Both the position numbers and the translations under genes were made by a program. Below the pieces are notes generated by a model. The model saw only the letters and a program-made list of their open reading frames with translations. It was not told the DNA's origin and ran no database searches. From positions 26,832 through 90,831 of the IMG/VR virus record IMGVR_UViG_3300037804_000399: a stretch of DNA of 64,000 nucleotides; one strand, 5' to 3'. The stretch is from a virus. Of the stretch, positions 46,981 through 56,732 are shown one piece after another (position 1 is the first letter of the stretch; every line of letters starts with the position of its first letter).

Positions 46981-49062
46981 ATGGTAAATAACTCAAATGA
47001 AATTTCAGTACTGTCTGATAGAGAACACGTTCTTAAACGCCAGTCAATGTATATCGGAAGTATCAAACCAACTACACATGAAGGTTGGTTCTTTGACGGC
47101 ACACGTCTAAACCTTCGTGAATATGATAGCGTTGATGGTCTTCTGAAAATTATAAATGAGATACTTGACAATAGTATTGATGAAGGTATTCGCACAGACT
47201 TTGCTCATGCTAATAAAATAACTGTTGATATTACTGACAACAACGTAATCATTAGTGATAACGGTAGAGGAATACCTACTGCACTAGAATCAAAAACAAA
47301 ACTCCCACAATCAGTTGTAGCATTTACAAAGAAGCAAGCTGGTTCAAATTTCAATGATGATACTGGTCGTACCACAATGGGTATGAATGGAGTAGGATCA
47401 TTCCTAACAAATTGCTTCTCAACTAAATTTAATGTTACTACTATTAATGCTAAAGAAAAGATGGTGTTAAAATGTAGTAAGAATTCAGAAGTGTCTTCTT
47501 ATAAGATCACTAAAAAACGGGCGACTAAGACAGGTACAGAAGTTTCATTTGTGCCTGACATTAAAAGATTTGGAATGACAAAGATTGATGATCTTCATAA
47601 GGATTTAATCTATCAGCGGTTACATCACTTAGCAACAGTTTTTCCAAAAATACAATTTATGTTTAATAAGAAAAGAGTATTAAGTGGTTCTACTAAAAAT
47701 TATCTTAAAACATTTAGTGATGATTTCGAGTTCATTGAAAACGATCATTTTATAATTGCAGTTACTCCAAATGAGTTTGACGACTTCAAACAATTTAGCT
47801 GTGTAAACGGATTGTTGATTAGTAAGGGTGGAAATCACATTAACCATATCGTCAAAGAAGTGACTACTCGTATCAGAGAAAAGGTTATTCGTAGATACAA
47901 AACTATCAGAGTTGGAGATATTAAAAACAAAATTCAAGTTATCTGTATGTTTAGGAACTTTCCAAACATTGAAGTAGATTCTCAGACAAAGGAAAGCATT
48001 ACAAACAGCATAACTGATGTTAAAGAGTTTCTAGGAAAGATTGATTGGGATAGTTTATGTGCTAAAATCTACAAGAACAAAACAATCATTGATCCAATAA
48101 TTGAAAACTTCAAGATCAAAGAAGAACTAAAGAGAAGAAAAGATTTAAAATCATTAACATCTAAAAAATCCAAAACTAAAATTAGAAATGAGAAGTTTTT
48201 AGCTCCTACTAAAGATTGGAAATACCTTTCTTTGTGTGAGGGAGCTTCAGCTCAAAGTGGATTGTCAGCTGCTATTGGTAGAGATCAAATTGGGTACTAT
48301 GAATTGAAAGGTGTTCCGATGCAAACTTGGGACGGCAATGTCTCAAAGCTGTTAAAGAACGAAGAGTTTTCTCAAATTATTGAGATTCAAGGTCTTGATC
48401 TTTCAAAGAACGAATTACCACAAGCCAATATTTGGTATACTATTGATTCTCCTGTTGGAAAACTTACTGCAAACAAGAATGATGTTTTGTATCTTGAAGG
48501 TAAGTGGATTGATGCAGAGGATGCTTTTAAAAAGTATGGTGGTGAAGATTCTAAAACAATGGCAAAGACAAAATACAAACCTCATAAACTTAGAGTTAGA
48601 AAATTTGCAAAGCAAGAAAACTTAAATTTTGAAAACATTCTTCTTTCTACGGATGCGGACTTGGACGGAACTCGTATAAAAGGATTGTTACTAACATTCT
48701 TTTGCAAATATGTTCAGGGATATGTAATGGAAGGACGTTTGAAACAATTAAGAACTCCAATGATTGTACTTGAAAAAGGAAATGAGATTAAAGAATTCTT
48801 TTTTGACTTTGAAAGTTACAATGAGTACATGAATAAAAATCCAAATACAAAATTGCACACGAGTTATAAAAAGGGATTAGGAAGTTGGAATAAACACGAC
48901 CTCAGATCTTTGATAACTAAATTTGGAATATATTATTTTATAGAAACATTCGAGTTTACACCTGACACAATAGAAAGTATTGATGCATGGATGAATAAGA
49001 AAAGATCTGATGACCGGAAAGAAAAACTTCGATCGTCAAGTTTCTCGATCTTTAATGTATAA
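46981..49062 (+). CDS. 39: DNA topoisomerase II large subunit (gp39+gp60 in one ORF)
   Basis: EHVLKR..MYIGS, EILDNSIDE, DNGRGIP, GMNGVGS; TOPRIM CEGASA, TDADLDG, KGLGS. Confidence 0.93.
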   Translation: MVNNSNEISVLSDREHVLKRQSMYIGSIKPTTHEGWFFDGTRLNLREYDSVDGLLKIINEILDNSIDEGIRTDFAHANKITVDITDNNVIISDNGRGIPTALESKTKLPQSVVAFTKKQAGSNFNDDTGRTTMGMNGVGSFLTNCFSTKFNVTTINAKEKMVLKCSKNSEVSSYKITKKRATKTGTEVSFVPDIKRFGMTKIDDLHKDLIYQRLHHLATVFPKIQFMFNKKRVLSGSTKNYLKTFSDDFEFIENDHFIIAVTPNEFDDFKQFSCVNGLLISKGGNHINHIVKEVTTRIREKVIRRYKTIRVGDIKNKIQVICMFRNFPNIEVDSQTKESITNSITDVKEFLGKIDWDSLCAKIYKNKTIIDPIIENFKIKEELKRRKDLKSLTSKKSKTKIRNEKFLAPTKDWKYLSLCEGASAQSGLSAAIGRDQIGYYELKGVPMQTWDGNVSKLLKNEEFSQIIEIQGLDLSKNELPQANIWYTIDSPVGKLTANKNDVLYLEGKWIDAEDAFKKYGGEDSKTMAKTKYKPHKLRVRKFAKQENLNFENILLSTDADLDGTRIKGLLLTFFCKYVQGYVMEGRLKQLRTPMIVLEKGNEIKEFFFDFESYNEYMNKNPNTKLHTSYKKGLGSWNKHDLRSLITKFGIYYFIETFEFTPDTIESIDAWMNKKRSDDRKEKLRSSSFSIFNV

Positions 49063-49065
49063 ATA
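49058..49065 (+). promoter_or_regulatory. T4-type late promoter
   Basis: TATAAATA. Confidence 0.75.
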
Positions 49066-49098
49066 ACAGAAAACGAGTTTGAACCTAGGAGAAACATT

Positions 49099-49866
49099 TT
49101 GAAAAATGATATTATGCAAGCATATAAAGAGATGATCGCTGAAAGCGCATCACCTATATGTGAAAGTGCTGAAGCAATTGAGTATGACAAGGTTGTAAAA
49201 TCTACCCTTGAAGATGCTGGATTGTCGATGGCAAGTCTTGATGCTAAACAGAAAGAGATTATTGAAAAGACAAAGAAGTATGCTAAGCGTACAAACTGTC
49301 TACCAAATGGCTCTTGGAAAGAATTTCTCGAGATGTATGTACTTGATGAAAATCTATTTGATCCTGATAAATCAATCGAGAATTATAAGAAAGATTTGAA
49401 GACTCTCAAAACAGATATTGATGAAGACATGATTGCAGCTGAAGAAGCAAGTGAAGATGAAATCGATACTGACGAAATGGAGGATGAGCTTGACGCTGAT
49501 CTAGAAACTTTAGATGACGAAGTCGAAGAAGAAGTGGAGGATGAAGAAGTCGAAGAAGTCGAAGAAGTCGAAGAAGTCGAAGAGTCTGTTGAACAGTCAA
49601 TTAGTCCTTCTCTTAAACTTGGCCGTCCAGTTGTTCGTCCAGTAGTTGAAGATGCTTATGATAACGATCTAAAACAAGCTATGACATCTATGAAACCAGA
49701 AGACTTTGAACTTCTTAAAGACGCTTACTACTACGCAGCATATTCTGACAAAGTAGTAGAGCAATTAATGAAGTATAAATCCGATCCAGCTATTCAAAAA
49801 GAAATTGAATTGTGGCAAAAGATTGATAGTTTAATAGGTAACTCCATTTTAGGTTCCTACCTGTAA
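49099..49866 (+). CDS. Acidic late protein with shared leader (putative core/internal head protein)
   Basis: TTG start after AGGAG; MKNDIMQAYKEMIAE; (EEV)n tract. Confidence 0.6.
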   Translation: MKNDIMQAYKEMIAESASPICESAEAIEYDKVVKSTLEDAGLSMASLDAKQKEIIEKTKKYAKRTNCLPNGSWKEFLEMYVLDENLFDPDKSIENYKKDLKTLKTDIDEDMIAAEEASEDEIDTDEMEDELDADLETLDDEVEEEVEDEEVEEVEEVEEVEESVEQSISPSLKLGRPVVRPVVEDAYDNDLKQAMTSMKPEDFELLKDAYYYAAYSDKVVEQLMKYKSDPAIQKEIELWQKIDSLIGNSILGSYL

Positions 49867-49887
49867 CACAATCACATTATTAACTTT

Positions 49888-49920
49888 AAAAAAGATCCGA
49901 GAAATTGGATCTTTTTTTTT
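49888..49920 (+). terminator. Intrinsic terminator
   Basis: AGATCCGA-GAAA-TTGGATCT + long T-run. Confidence 0.85.
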
Positions 49921-49928
49921 GTTTGGAG

Positions 49929-49956
49929 TTGACTTATGTAATATAAGGAGTATATT
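49929..49956 (+). promoter_or_regulatory. Class-1 promoter
   Basis: TTGACT-N16 (containing TAAGGAG)-TATATT. Confidence 0.7.
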
Positions 49957-49985
49957 AAAGTAGGTAATAAAAAACGAGGACAATA

Positions 49986-50174
49986 ATGAAAGAATCTAAA
50001 AAACAAATGCTACTCGATGCTGGTTTCACTACTGAAATTAAAAATGTTGAAGCTGGACTTTGTCCGTTTTGTAGTAAGGAAATTAATAATGATGATTTTA
50101 CAGACGCTCTTTCAAAAAAAGAATTTGAGCTATCAGGAATGTGTCAACCTTGTCAGGATGATTTCTTCAAGTAA
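49986..50174 (+). CDS. Small zinc-finger early protein
   Basis: CPFC...SGMCQPCQD; GAGG RBS. Confidence 0.65.
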   Translation: MKESKKQMLLDAGFTTEIKNVEAGLCPFCSKEINNDDFTDALSKKEFELSGMCQPCQDDFFK

Positions 50175-50234
50175 TCTTTAAAATACTCACCAATGCACGA
50201 TAATAATGTATAACAATCAAACACGGATATCCCA

Positions 50235-50387
50235 ATGGAAAGCGAAAAAGAAAAAGCTGGAAGAATCATGTACAACCTTGGAATCGAAGCTGCACTATCT
50301 CAAGTTGAAAGAGCTAGAGAAGAAGGCGAGCAAGATATGCGACAAGTAAGACATTGGATTCAAAAATTGATGAAGGACGCAAAGTAA
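50235..50387 (+). CDS. 50-aa hypothetical protein (below the ORF-track cutoff)
   Basis: MESEKEKAGRIMYNLGIEAAL...KDAK*; TAATG overlap with the next gene. Confidence 0.55.
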   Translation: MESEKEKAGRIMYNLGIEAALSQVERAREEGEQDMRQVRHWIQKLMKDAK

Positions 50388-50761
50388 TGGACATGGAAAG
50401 TATCAATCCTATTCACTTGCAATGGTTAGCTGAGAATTGTCCACAGACTTTAAAAGCTATTACTCCAAGTGCTGGAGATAGTGAAGATTTAAAATCTTGT
50501 TGTCAACGTCTCGAGCAAGAGAATTATGATCTGAAGCAAAAGGCTGATATGTTAGATACTATACTTTCATGTGAAAGAATCAGAGTTCTTGGTTATGCAC
50601 AGACTGATGAAAACGGAACTAAGGGAGCTATTCAGCACATCGGTCTTGAATTGTGGAGAAAGTTTCCAGAGAATGATGACACTGTGTCAAGAGAGACAGT
50701 AATGAAGTTTCTCAAGCAAGATCTAAATGTTTCTCAAAGAAGCGATTCAGGAAAATCATAA
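50387..50761 (+). CDS. Hypothetical protein
   Basis: TAATG coupling gives start 50387. Confidence 0.55.
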   Translation: MDMESINPIHLQWLAENCPQTLKAITPSAGDSEDLKSCCQRLEQENYDLKQKADMLDTILSCERIRVLGYAQTDENGTKGAIQHIGLELWRKFPENDDTVSRETVMKFLKQDLNVSQRSDSGKS

Positions 50762-51078
50762 TGAAAAAATCCAAAACAGACGAACAACATATTATTAACC
50801 AAAATATTTACATTGAACGATTAGAAAAACACATTGGTCGTTTAGGTGGATGGGCACAAGGTGGTTATCTTGTTGGATGTTCAACGTGCGATAAACCATT
50901 CCTTGGAGACAAACGAGCTGTTGTATGTTTAAACTGTGCATTGGATACAGAAGCTAAAAATCCAACAAGTGATACAGCGCCTGTTAATATAAGACGAATA
51001 TTTGAAAACAACAAAAAGATGTGCCTACATTCTGTGCATTTAGATGGATGTAGATACTGCGGGAATTGGGAATTATAA
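50761..51078 (+). CDS. Zinc-finger hypothetical protein
   Basis: CSTC...CLNC; C..H...CRYC. Confidence 0.55.
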   Translation: MKKSKTDEQHIINQNIYIERLEKHIGRLGGWAQGGYLVGCSTCDKPFLGDKRAVVCLNCALDTEAKNPTSDTAPVNIRRIFENNKKMCLHSVHLDGCRYCGNWEL

Positions 51079-51605
51079 TGAGCGATTTTTTACAAAAATT
51101 TACAGACCATTTGAAGTCCCCCGAAGGACAAGCTGAGATACAGAAGGTAATGGACGATGAAAAAGCTATTGTTCAATCAAAAATAGATTTCTTTGAAACT
51201 GAAAAATTCAAACAAACTATAAATGAAATTAAAGCTGATCTTTCAAAGCCGACTCCCACTCGCACAAGGAGAATGGTTGCTGACACTGATTATATTTATG
51301 GTGATTATAAAACTTCAGAAGAGGATTTTTTCAACATGTTTAATTCTGTAGTTGAAACTCAGCTGGAATTTGACGATGATGGCGAAAGCGGATTTGATTG
51401 CGAAGTATATTATTATGATGGTTTAAAGTTTACTGTACATTTTGGACAAGGTGGAAGGTTTAGCATTGAACCTTTTGAAGGCCGTACTCCTACTTTCACA
51501 CAATGTCTAAAAATTGGACAAATGAATATCCGAATGACTACTGTTGATACTGACAGACTAACAATTGATATCAATGGAAAGCAGTTTAAATATTCCGTTT
51601 TATAA
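51078..51605 (+). CDS. Hypothetical protein
   Basis: TAATG coupling at 51078. Confidence 0.55.
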   Translation: MSDFLQKFTDHLKSPEGQAEIQKVMDDEKAIVQSKIDFFETEKFKQTINEIKADLSKPTPTRTRRMVADTDYIYGDYKTSEEDFFNMFNSVVETQLEFDDDGESGFDCEVYYYDGLKFTVHFGQGGRFSIEPFEGRTPTFTQCLKIGQMNIRMTTVDTDRLTIDINGKQFKYSVL

Positions 51606-51647
51606 AAACCAATAGAAGAATTAGGAATAAAGCTGAAAGAATATAAT

Positions 51648-51890
51648 ATGGTAAATAGAATGAAAATTAATTTAGATGAATATAAAAAGTACAGGCAATA
51701 TGTACATGAAATTGAAAAAGCTGATCTGTCTGACATAGAGATTGACGGAATTGAAATAACTGACATTGTAAGAAAAGAATGGACATATGTTGGAATGAAT
51801 AATCGACACTTCATAGAGATGTTAATTGATGCAAACGATGAAGGTCAAAATCCTTTACAAACTATTTGGGATACGAAAGAGGAAGATTAA
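51648..51890 (+). CDS. Hypothetical protein
   Basis: ORF track; start may be 51660. Confidence 0.5.
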   Translation: MVNRMKINLDEYKKYRQYVHEIEKADLSDIEIDGIEITDIVRKEWTYVGMNNRHFIEMLIDANDEGQNPLQTIWDTKEED

Positions 51891-51893
51891 ACA

Positions 51894-52079
51894 ATGGATA
51901 CTAAACAAATAGACGAAATGTTCGAGGTATTAAAAACATTCTCATTTACATGTGACGATTGTGAAAAGGCGGTAAGTGATTGTAATTGTAATTGTGAAGA
52001 TTGTGGATCGCCTAAAGAAAATTGTAAATGTAATGAATGTTGCAATAGTGGATGTAGTGATTGTGTTTTAAATAGATAA
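51894..52079 (+). CDS. Metallothionein-like Cys-rich peptide
   Basis: 12 Cys in 38 residues arranged as CxxC/CxC/CC; GAGG RBS. Confidence 0.55.
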   Translation: MDTKQIDEMFEVLKTFSFTCDDCEKAVSDCNCNCEDCGSPKENCKCNECCNSGCSDCVLNR

Positions 52080-52160
52080 TAATTTGAACTAGCAATTAAA
52101 AAAGTAAACAACTTAATGATAATAACATATCACCAATCATAATAATAAAAAGGAAAGTTT

Positions 52161-52475
52161 ATGTCTGAAGATATTGAAAAGATGCGTCAAGAAGCTCTGA
52201 ATGAATCACGCGCACGTTGTGTTCCATATATTGGTCCAGAAGATGCAATTCTCGGAGCGTCTATCATGAAAGAAGATAGAACAAGAAAGGTTCTTATCGC
52301 TGAAGGAACTGAAACTGGTATAAAGACTTCACTAGGTGAGGAAATATCATATCAGGAACTTTATGATAACTGGTTGGTCGAACTTCCAGGTGGCAATGGA
52401 TTCTTAATTGCTGGACTTCCAGTTCAGTCTGAACCAGAACCAGAACTTATAAAGCCAACTCAAGGTCTTATTTAA
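52161..52475 (+). CDS. Hypothetical protein
   Basis: AGGA RBS; class-2 promoter at 52096-52123. Confidence 0.6.
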   Translation: MSEDIEKMRQEALNESRARCVPYIGPEDAILGASIMKEDRTRKVLIAEGTETGIKTSLGEEISYQELYDNWLVELPGGNGFLIAGLPVQSEPEPELIKPTQGLI

Positions 52476-52486
52476 TAATTAATAAT

Positions 52487-52516
52487 AAACCCTGAAATCA
52501 AAATTTCAGGGTTTTT
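52487..52516 (+). terminator. Intrinsic terminator
   Basis: AAACCCTGAAAT...ATTTCAGGGTTT + T-run. Confidence 0.8.
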
Positions 52517-52578
52517 CGTGTCTGTTTAACAAATCATATTCCATCCGGAAGATAAGAAAACTAAAAAATGGGAACCTG

Positions 52579-53955
52579 ATGAGTACTAATAAGAAAACAA
52601 TTCCTATAGATACCTTCTTTGATTGTGATTATAGAGACTTCTCTCAGTATGACAACTATCGTAAAATACCTTCTGTTGTTGATGGATTAAAACCATCAGC
52701 TCGAAAAGTAATGTACACTGTCATAAAGACAAACGTGAGTAGTAACTTAAAGGTTTCTCAATTAGGTTCTCGTACAGCAGAACTTACCAATTATCTACAT
52801 GGGGAAGAATCTCTAAATGGAGTTATAGTTGGGCTTTGTAGAGACTTCACTGGTGCAAATAACATAACTCTTTTACAGCGTGATGGTAATTTTGGTACAC
52901 GTTTATCTCCTGATGCATCAGCTGCTCGTTATATTAAAACATGCAAAGAACCATATCTTGATTCTATTTTACATCCGATGGACACACCTATTTTAAAACA
53001 GCAAATTTTTGAAGGTGATGAAATTGAACCAGCTTTCTTTGTTCCAATTTTACCACTTTCAATCCTTAACAACAATGAAGGATTATCAATAGGGTTTGCT
53101 TCAAAAATATTACCTCGAAATGTAGATGATGTTATCCAATATATTATTTCCAAGCTAGATGGAAAGAATCCAAGAAGAAAACTCAATCCATATTTTAAAG
53201 GTTTTAATGGAACTGTTGTTGAAGTAGAAAAGAATAAATTTGAAATAATCGGAAGATGGCAAAAGACTAAGCGAGGATCAAAGATTTTAATTGATGAAGT
53301 TCCTGTACGATATACTAGAAAACAGTATGAAAAGGAATTGATCAAACTCGAAGATGATAATATCATTAAAGATTTCAAAGACATGTCAGATGATGAGAGC
53401 TTTTTATTTGAAGTGACAGTGTCCAGAGAGTTCTTGGCACAGTCAGATGAAAAGATCACAGACGTTTTAGGACTTAGAGATAAGTTTACTGAGAATTTAA
53501 CTTTTGAAGATGAGAATACAAAGATTGTTAAGTATGATGATGTTCGACAAGTCATTGATAAGTTCATGGATATACGTTTACATTATTATGACAAGCGAAA
53601 ACTCTACATGATTGAACAATTATCTAATAAGATCAAAACTAATTTATCCAAATACACCTTTTGTAAAGGAGTAGTAGAGGAAAAAATCATCATCAATAAG
53701 AAAGCTAAGCTAGAAATTGAGAAACAACTTGATGCTTTTAAAGATATCGAACGAGATAAAGAGGGTTCATTTGATTACATTTTAAGAATGCCAATTTATT
53801 CACTGTCTAAGGAAAAGTTTATGGAATTATTAGCCACTATTAAAGAGATGGCAAAGGAATTACAGTTCTTAAAGAATAGACCAGTGCAGGACATGTGGGT
53901 TGAAGACATTAAAAATCTTAAATCTGCCTTACAAAAATACAAAAAAGATGTATAA
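52579..53955 (+). CDS. 52: DNA topoisomerase II medium subunit (T4 gp52-like)
   Basis: IPSVVDGLKPSARK, YLHGE, GNFG, AARY catalytic Tyr. Confidence 0.93.
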   Translation: MSTNKKTIPIDTFFDCDYRDFSQYDNYRKIPSVVDGLKPSARKVMYTVIKTNVSSNLKVSQLGSRTAELTNYLHGEESLNGVIVGLCRDFTGANNITLLQRDGNFGTRLSPDASAARYIKTCKEPYLDSILHPMDTPILKQQIFEGDEIEPAFFVPILPLSILNNNEGLSIGFASKILPRNVDDVIQYIISKLDGKNPRRKLNPYFKGFNGTVVEVEKNKFEIIGRWQKTKRGSKILIDEVPVRYTRKQYEKELIKLEDDNIIKDFKDMSDDESFLFEVTVSREFLAQSDEKITDVLGLRDKFTENLTFEDENTKIVKYDDVRQVIDKFMDIRLHYYDKRKLYMIEQLSNKIKTNLSKYTFCKGVVEEKIIINKKAKLEIEKQLDAFKDIERDKEGSFDYILRMPIYSLSKEKFMELLATIKEMAKELQFLKNRPVQDMWVEDIKNLKSALQKYKKDV

Positions 53956-53956
53956 T
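53929..53956 (+). promoter_or_regulatory. Class-2 promoter for groEL
   Basis: TTACAA-N16-TATAAT. Confidence 0.65.
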
Positions 53957-53991
53957 ACTATATCAAGCCAATTTAAATAACAAGGAAACGT

Positions 53992-55620
53992 ATGAAAAAA
54001 ATTACTTTTGACGGTGAAGCTCGTTCTAAAATTCTTAATGGAGTAGCACAACTTGCAAAAACGGTAAAGAGCACTTTAGGTCCACAAGGTTGTAATGTGG
54101 TAATCGATAAAGGGAATCTAGCTATTCCTGTTATCACAAAAGATGGAGTGTCGGTTGCACGTGAAATTCATATTCCTGATAGAGTAGAAAACATTGGTGC
54201 GCAATTAGTAAAGAATGTTGCTAATCAAACTAATGATGTTGCTGGTGACGGTACAACTACTGCTACTGTTCTTGCTGAAGCAATCTATACTGAAGGTCTA
54301 AAAACAGCTGCTGCAGGAATGAGCACTGCTAGATTGAAAGAAGGTATAGAAATCGCAACTAAACTTGTTATAGCTCATTTAAATGATGTTAAAGTTGATG
54401 TTACAGATGATATGTTAGAGAAGATTGCTACTATATCTGCAAACAACGATAGTGAAATTGGAAAGTTGATTGCTGCATCTATTTTAAAGGTCGGTACTGA
54501 TGGAACTGTTCGTGTTGAAAATTCTCATACTTCAGAAACACATCTTACCTCAATTGATGGATTCCAATATGATAGAGGAATGATTTCTCATTACTTCTGT
54601 ACTGATGATGACATGATTGGTGCTGAGTATGAAGACGCATTTGTACTTTGTTATGATGGTGAAATTGATAATGCAAATGACATTCTCCCACTACTAGGAA
54701 ACTTTTTAAAGACACATAACAATGCTCCTCTTGTAATTGTGTGTGATGATATTAAAGCTGATGCTCTTACAACTATTGTTCAAAATCATTTAGCGGGAAG
54801 ACTTCGTGTACTGCCTGTTAAAACTCCTGGTTTTCATGAAAGTAAACAATCGATGCTTGAAGACGTAGCTTGTATTACTGGTGCAGTAGCAATTACAGCC
54901 AACTGTGGTATTAAGTTAGACGAAGCCTCTCTTGATGTCCTCGGAAAGGTTAAAAAGATTGTTGCTACATCAACTAGTACAACCATTTATGGATCTGTCC
55001 CAAAAGATGTTATTGATTCAAGAGCAAAATTGGTTCGTGAACAATTAGCAAGTGCCAAGAGTGAATATGCTCAGTTTAATAACAAACTAAGACTTGCTCG
55101 TTTAACTACAGGTATTTCAATCATCAATGTTGGTGGTGCTAATGAAGTAGAGCTTAAAGAAAAGAAGGATCGTATTGAAGATTCATTAAATGCTACAAAA
55201 GCAGCACTAAAGAAAGGTGTTGTTCCTGGTGGTGGTATTGCTTTACTTAGAGCAGGCGAAGCTATCAAATCTAAAATTGCAAAAATGAAATTACATCTTG
55301 AGGTGAAGGCTGGAGTTGATATTATTATCAACGCAACTAAATCTCCGATCAGAACCATTTGTGAAAACGGTGGAAATAACGGCGAAGTTATTTCAAATAA
55401 AGTTCTTGAACAGTCAGATGTTAATTATGGATATGATGCTCGTAATGAAGTTTACGGTGATATGTTTAAAGCAGGAGTTATTGATCCAGTTCTAGTTACA
55501 ATGACTGCTTTGACAAATGCAAGTTCAATCAGTGCACTTCTTTTGACTACAAATGCAGTTATAACTTTAGATCCAGAAGCTTATCATAAAATGAAAGCTG
55601 TTGCTGAATCTAATAACTAA
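53992..55620 (+). CDS. groEL: Chaperonin GroEL
   Basis: TLGP.G.NV, TKDGVSVA, AGDGTTTATVLA, EKKDRIED, GVVPGGG; no GGM tail. Confidence 0.95.
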   Translation: MKKITFDGEARSKILNGVAQLAKTVKSTLGPQGCNVVIDKGNLAIPVITKDGVSVAREIHIPDRVENIGAQLVKNVANQTNDVAGDGTTTATVLAEAIYTEGLKTAAAGMSTARLKEGIEIATKLVIAHLNDVKVDVTDDMLEKIATISANNDSEIGKLIAASILKVGTDGTVRVENSHTSETHLTSIDGFQYDRGMISHYFCTDDDMIGAEYEDAFVLCYDGEIDNANDILPLLGNFLKTHNNAPLVIVCDDIKADALTTIVQNHLAGRLRVLPVKTPGFHESKQSMLEDVACITGAVAITANCGIKLDEASLDVLGKVKKIVATSTSTTIYGSVPKDVIDSRAKLVREQLASAKSEYAQFNNKLRLARLTTGISIINVGGANEVELKEKKDRIEDSLNATKAALKKGVVPGGGIALLRAGEAIKSKIAKMKLHLEVKAGVDIIINATKSPIRTICENGGNNGEVISNKVLEQSDVNYGYDARNEVYGDMFKAGVIDPVLVTMTALTNASSISALLLTTNAVITLDPEAYHKMKAVAESNN

Positions 55621-55630
55621 GGAATATCGA

Positions 55631-55861
55631 ATGAAAGAATACATGTACAGACCACAAGTGTGTAAGAATCTTCAGAACTTGGTTGACTATAATGATGGAT
55701 TAATATATTCATCAGAAAGTGGTCCAGGTATTGACCCTGAATTTGGAGCACAGCCATTAGACGAAGCTGGTATTAATTTGGCTTACTGTCCATTTTGCGG
55801 AAGTAAGATTAAATCAGATTGGGACGGAGCTACAAAGATGTTTAAATGGTGGGAAGAATAA
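55631..55861 (+). CDS. Small zinc-ribbon hypothetical protein
   Basis: AGGA RBS before ATG 55631; YCPFCG. Confidence 0.55.
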   Translation: MKEYMYRPQVCKNLQNLVDYNDGLIYSSESGPGIDPEFGAQPLDEAGINLAYCPFCGSKIKSDWDGATKMFKWWEE

Positions 55862-55868
55862 ACTAATT

Positions 55869-55902
55869 AAAAAGCGAAGGATTTTCACTCCTTCGCTTTT
55901 TT
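55869..55902 (+). terminator. Intrinsic terminator
   Basis: AAGCGAAGGA...TCCTTCGCTT + T-run. Confidence 0.85.
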
Positions 55903-55919
55903 AATACAAGGATTTAAAA

Positions 55920-56189
55920 ATGTCAGATGATGAAACAAAAGAATCTGTAACTGAAACAGATAAAAGTGTTGCAAGAGTAACACCGATGTTTTTACTGTTC
56001 TCTATATTTCTAGTATTAAAATTAACAGAAGTTATAGATTGGTCATGGTGGTTCGTCACAGCACCTTTATGGATTCCAAGCGCAATCATAATTTCGGTAC
56101 TCTCACTTATAGTTGCAGTGGTGTTAACAGTTATCGTGGTAGTATTATTAATCATAGCATGTAGAAAGGTGTTGAAAGCATGTCAGTAA
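55920..56189 (+). CDS. Small membrane protein
   Basis: LKLTEVIDWSWWFVTAPLW motif flanked by TM segments. Confidence 0.65.
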   Translation: MSDDETKESVTETDKSVARVTPMFLLFSIFLVLKLTEVIDWSWWFVTAPLWIPSAIIISVLSLIVAVVLTVIVVVLLIIACRKVLKACQ

Positions 56190-56677
56190 CGTTTTGGTTT
56201 ACTGGACTACCGTGTTCAGGCAAGACATCAATTGCTGATGCTATCCATGAAGTATTTCCAGAATTTGTAAGGTTAGACGGAGATGTTATACGGAAAGGAA
56301 TTTGTTCCGATCTAACATTCTCTGATAAAGATAGAGTTGAAAACATTCGTCGGATTGCTCACATATGTCAATTATTCAATGATAACAAGTCAATAGTACT
56401 ATCTTCGTTCGTCAGTCCTACTAAAAGCATTCGTGATCAAATTAAAAATATTGTAGACAATGTGATTATCGTTCATGTTGACTGTAGTGTTGAAGAATGC
56501 GAACGGAGAGATGTAAAGGGAATGTGGAAACAGGCTCGTGAAGGGAAGATTAAAAACTGGACCGGTATAGATAGTCCGTATGAAACGCCCGTGGACTGCG
56601 ATTTCTACATCAACACAGAGCAAGAAACATTAAAAGAAAGTGTGTCAAAGTTCTTACAAAAGTATTTAATGATGTGA
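56180..56677 (+). CDS. cysC: Adenylyl-sulfate (APS) kinase
   Basis: WFTGLPCSGKTSIA, LDGD..R, DRVENIRR, FVSP, RDVKG, TGIDSPYE.P. Confidence 0.93.
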   Translation: MSVTFWFTGLPCSGKTSIADAIHEVFPEFVRLDGDVIRKGICSDLTFSDKDRVENIRRIAHICQLFNDNKSIVLSSFVSPTKSIRDQIKNIVDNVIIVHVDCSVEECERRDVKGMWKQAREGKIKNWTGIDSPYETPVDCDFYINTEQETLKESVSKFLQKYLMM

Positions 56678-56732
56678 TAATATCACAATGTCATTAGACA
56701 ATACTACAAAACCAAAAATTAGGAAAAAATAA

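Noticed and set aside
49798-49830. EIELWQKI as a fifth copy of the C-terminal tag
   Set aside because: Lacks KM(K/R)x(H/Y) and is not terminal
52929-53567. 212-aa minus-strand ORF within gp52, and similar antisense ORFs
   Set aside because: Fully overlap conserved + strand genes and have no motifs
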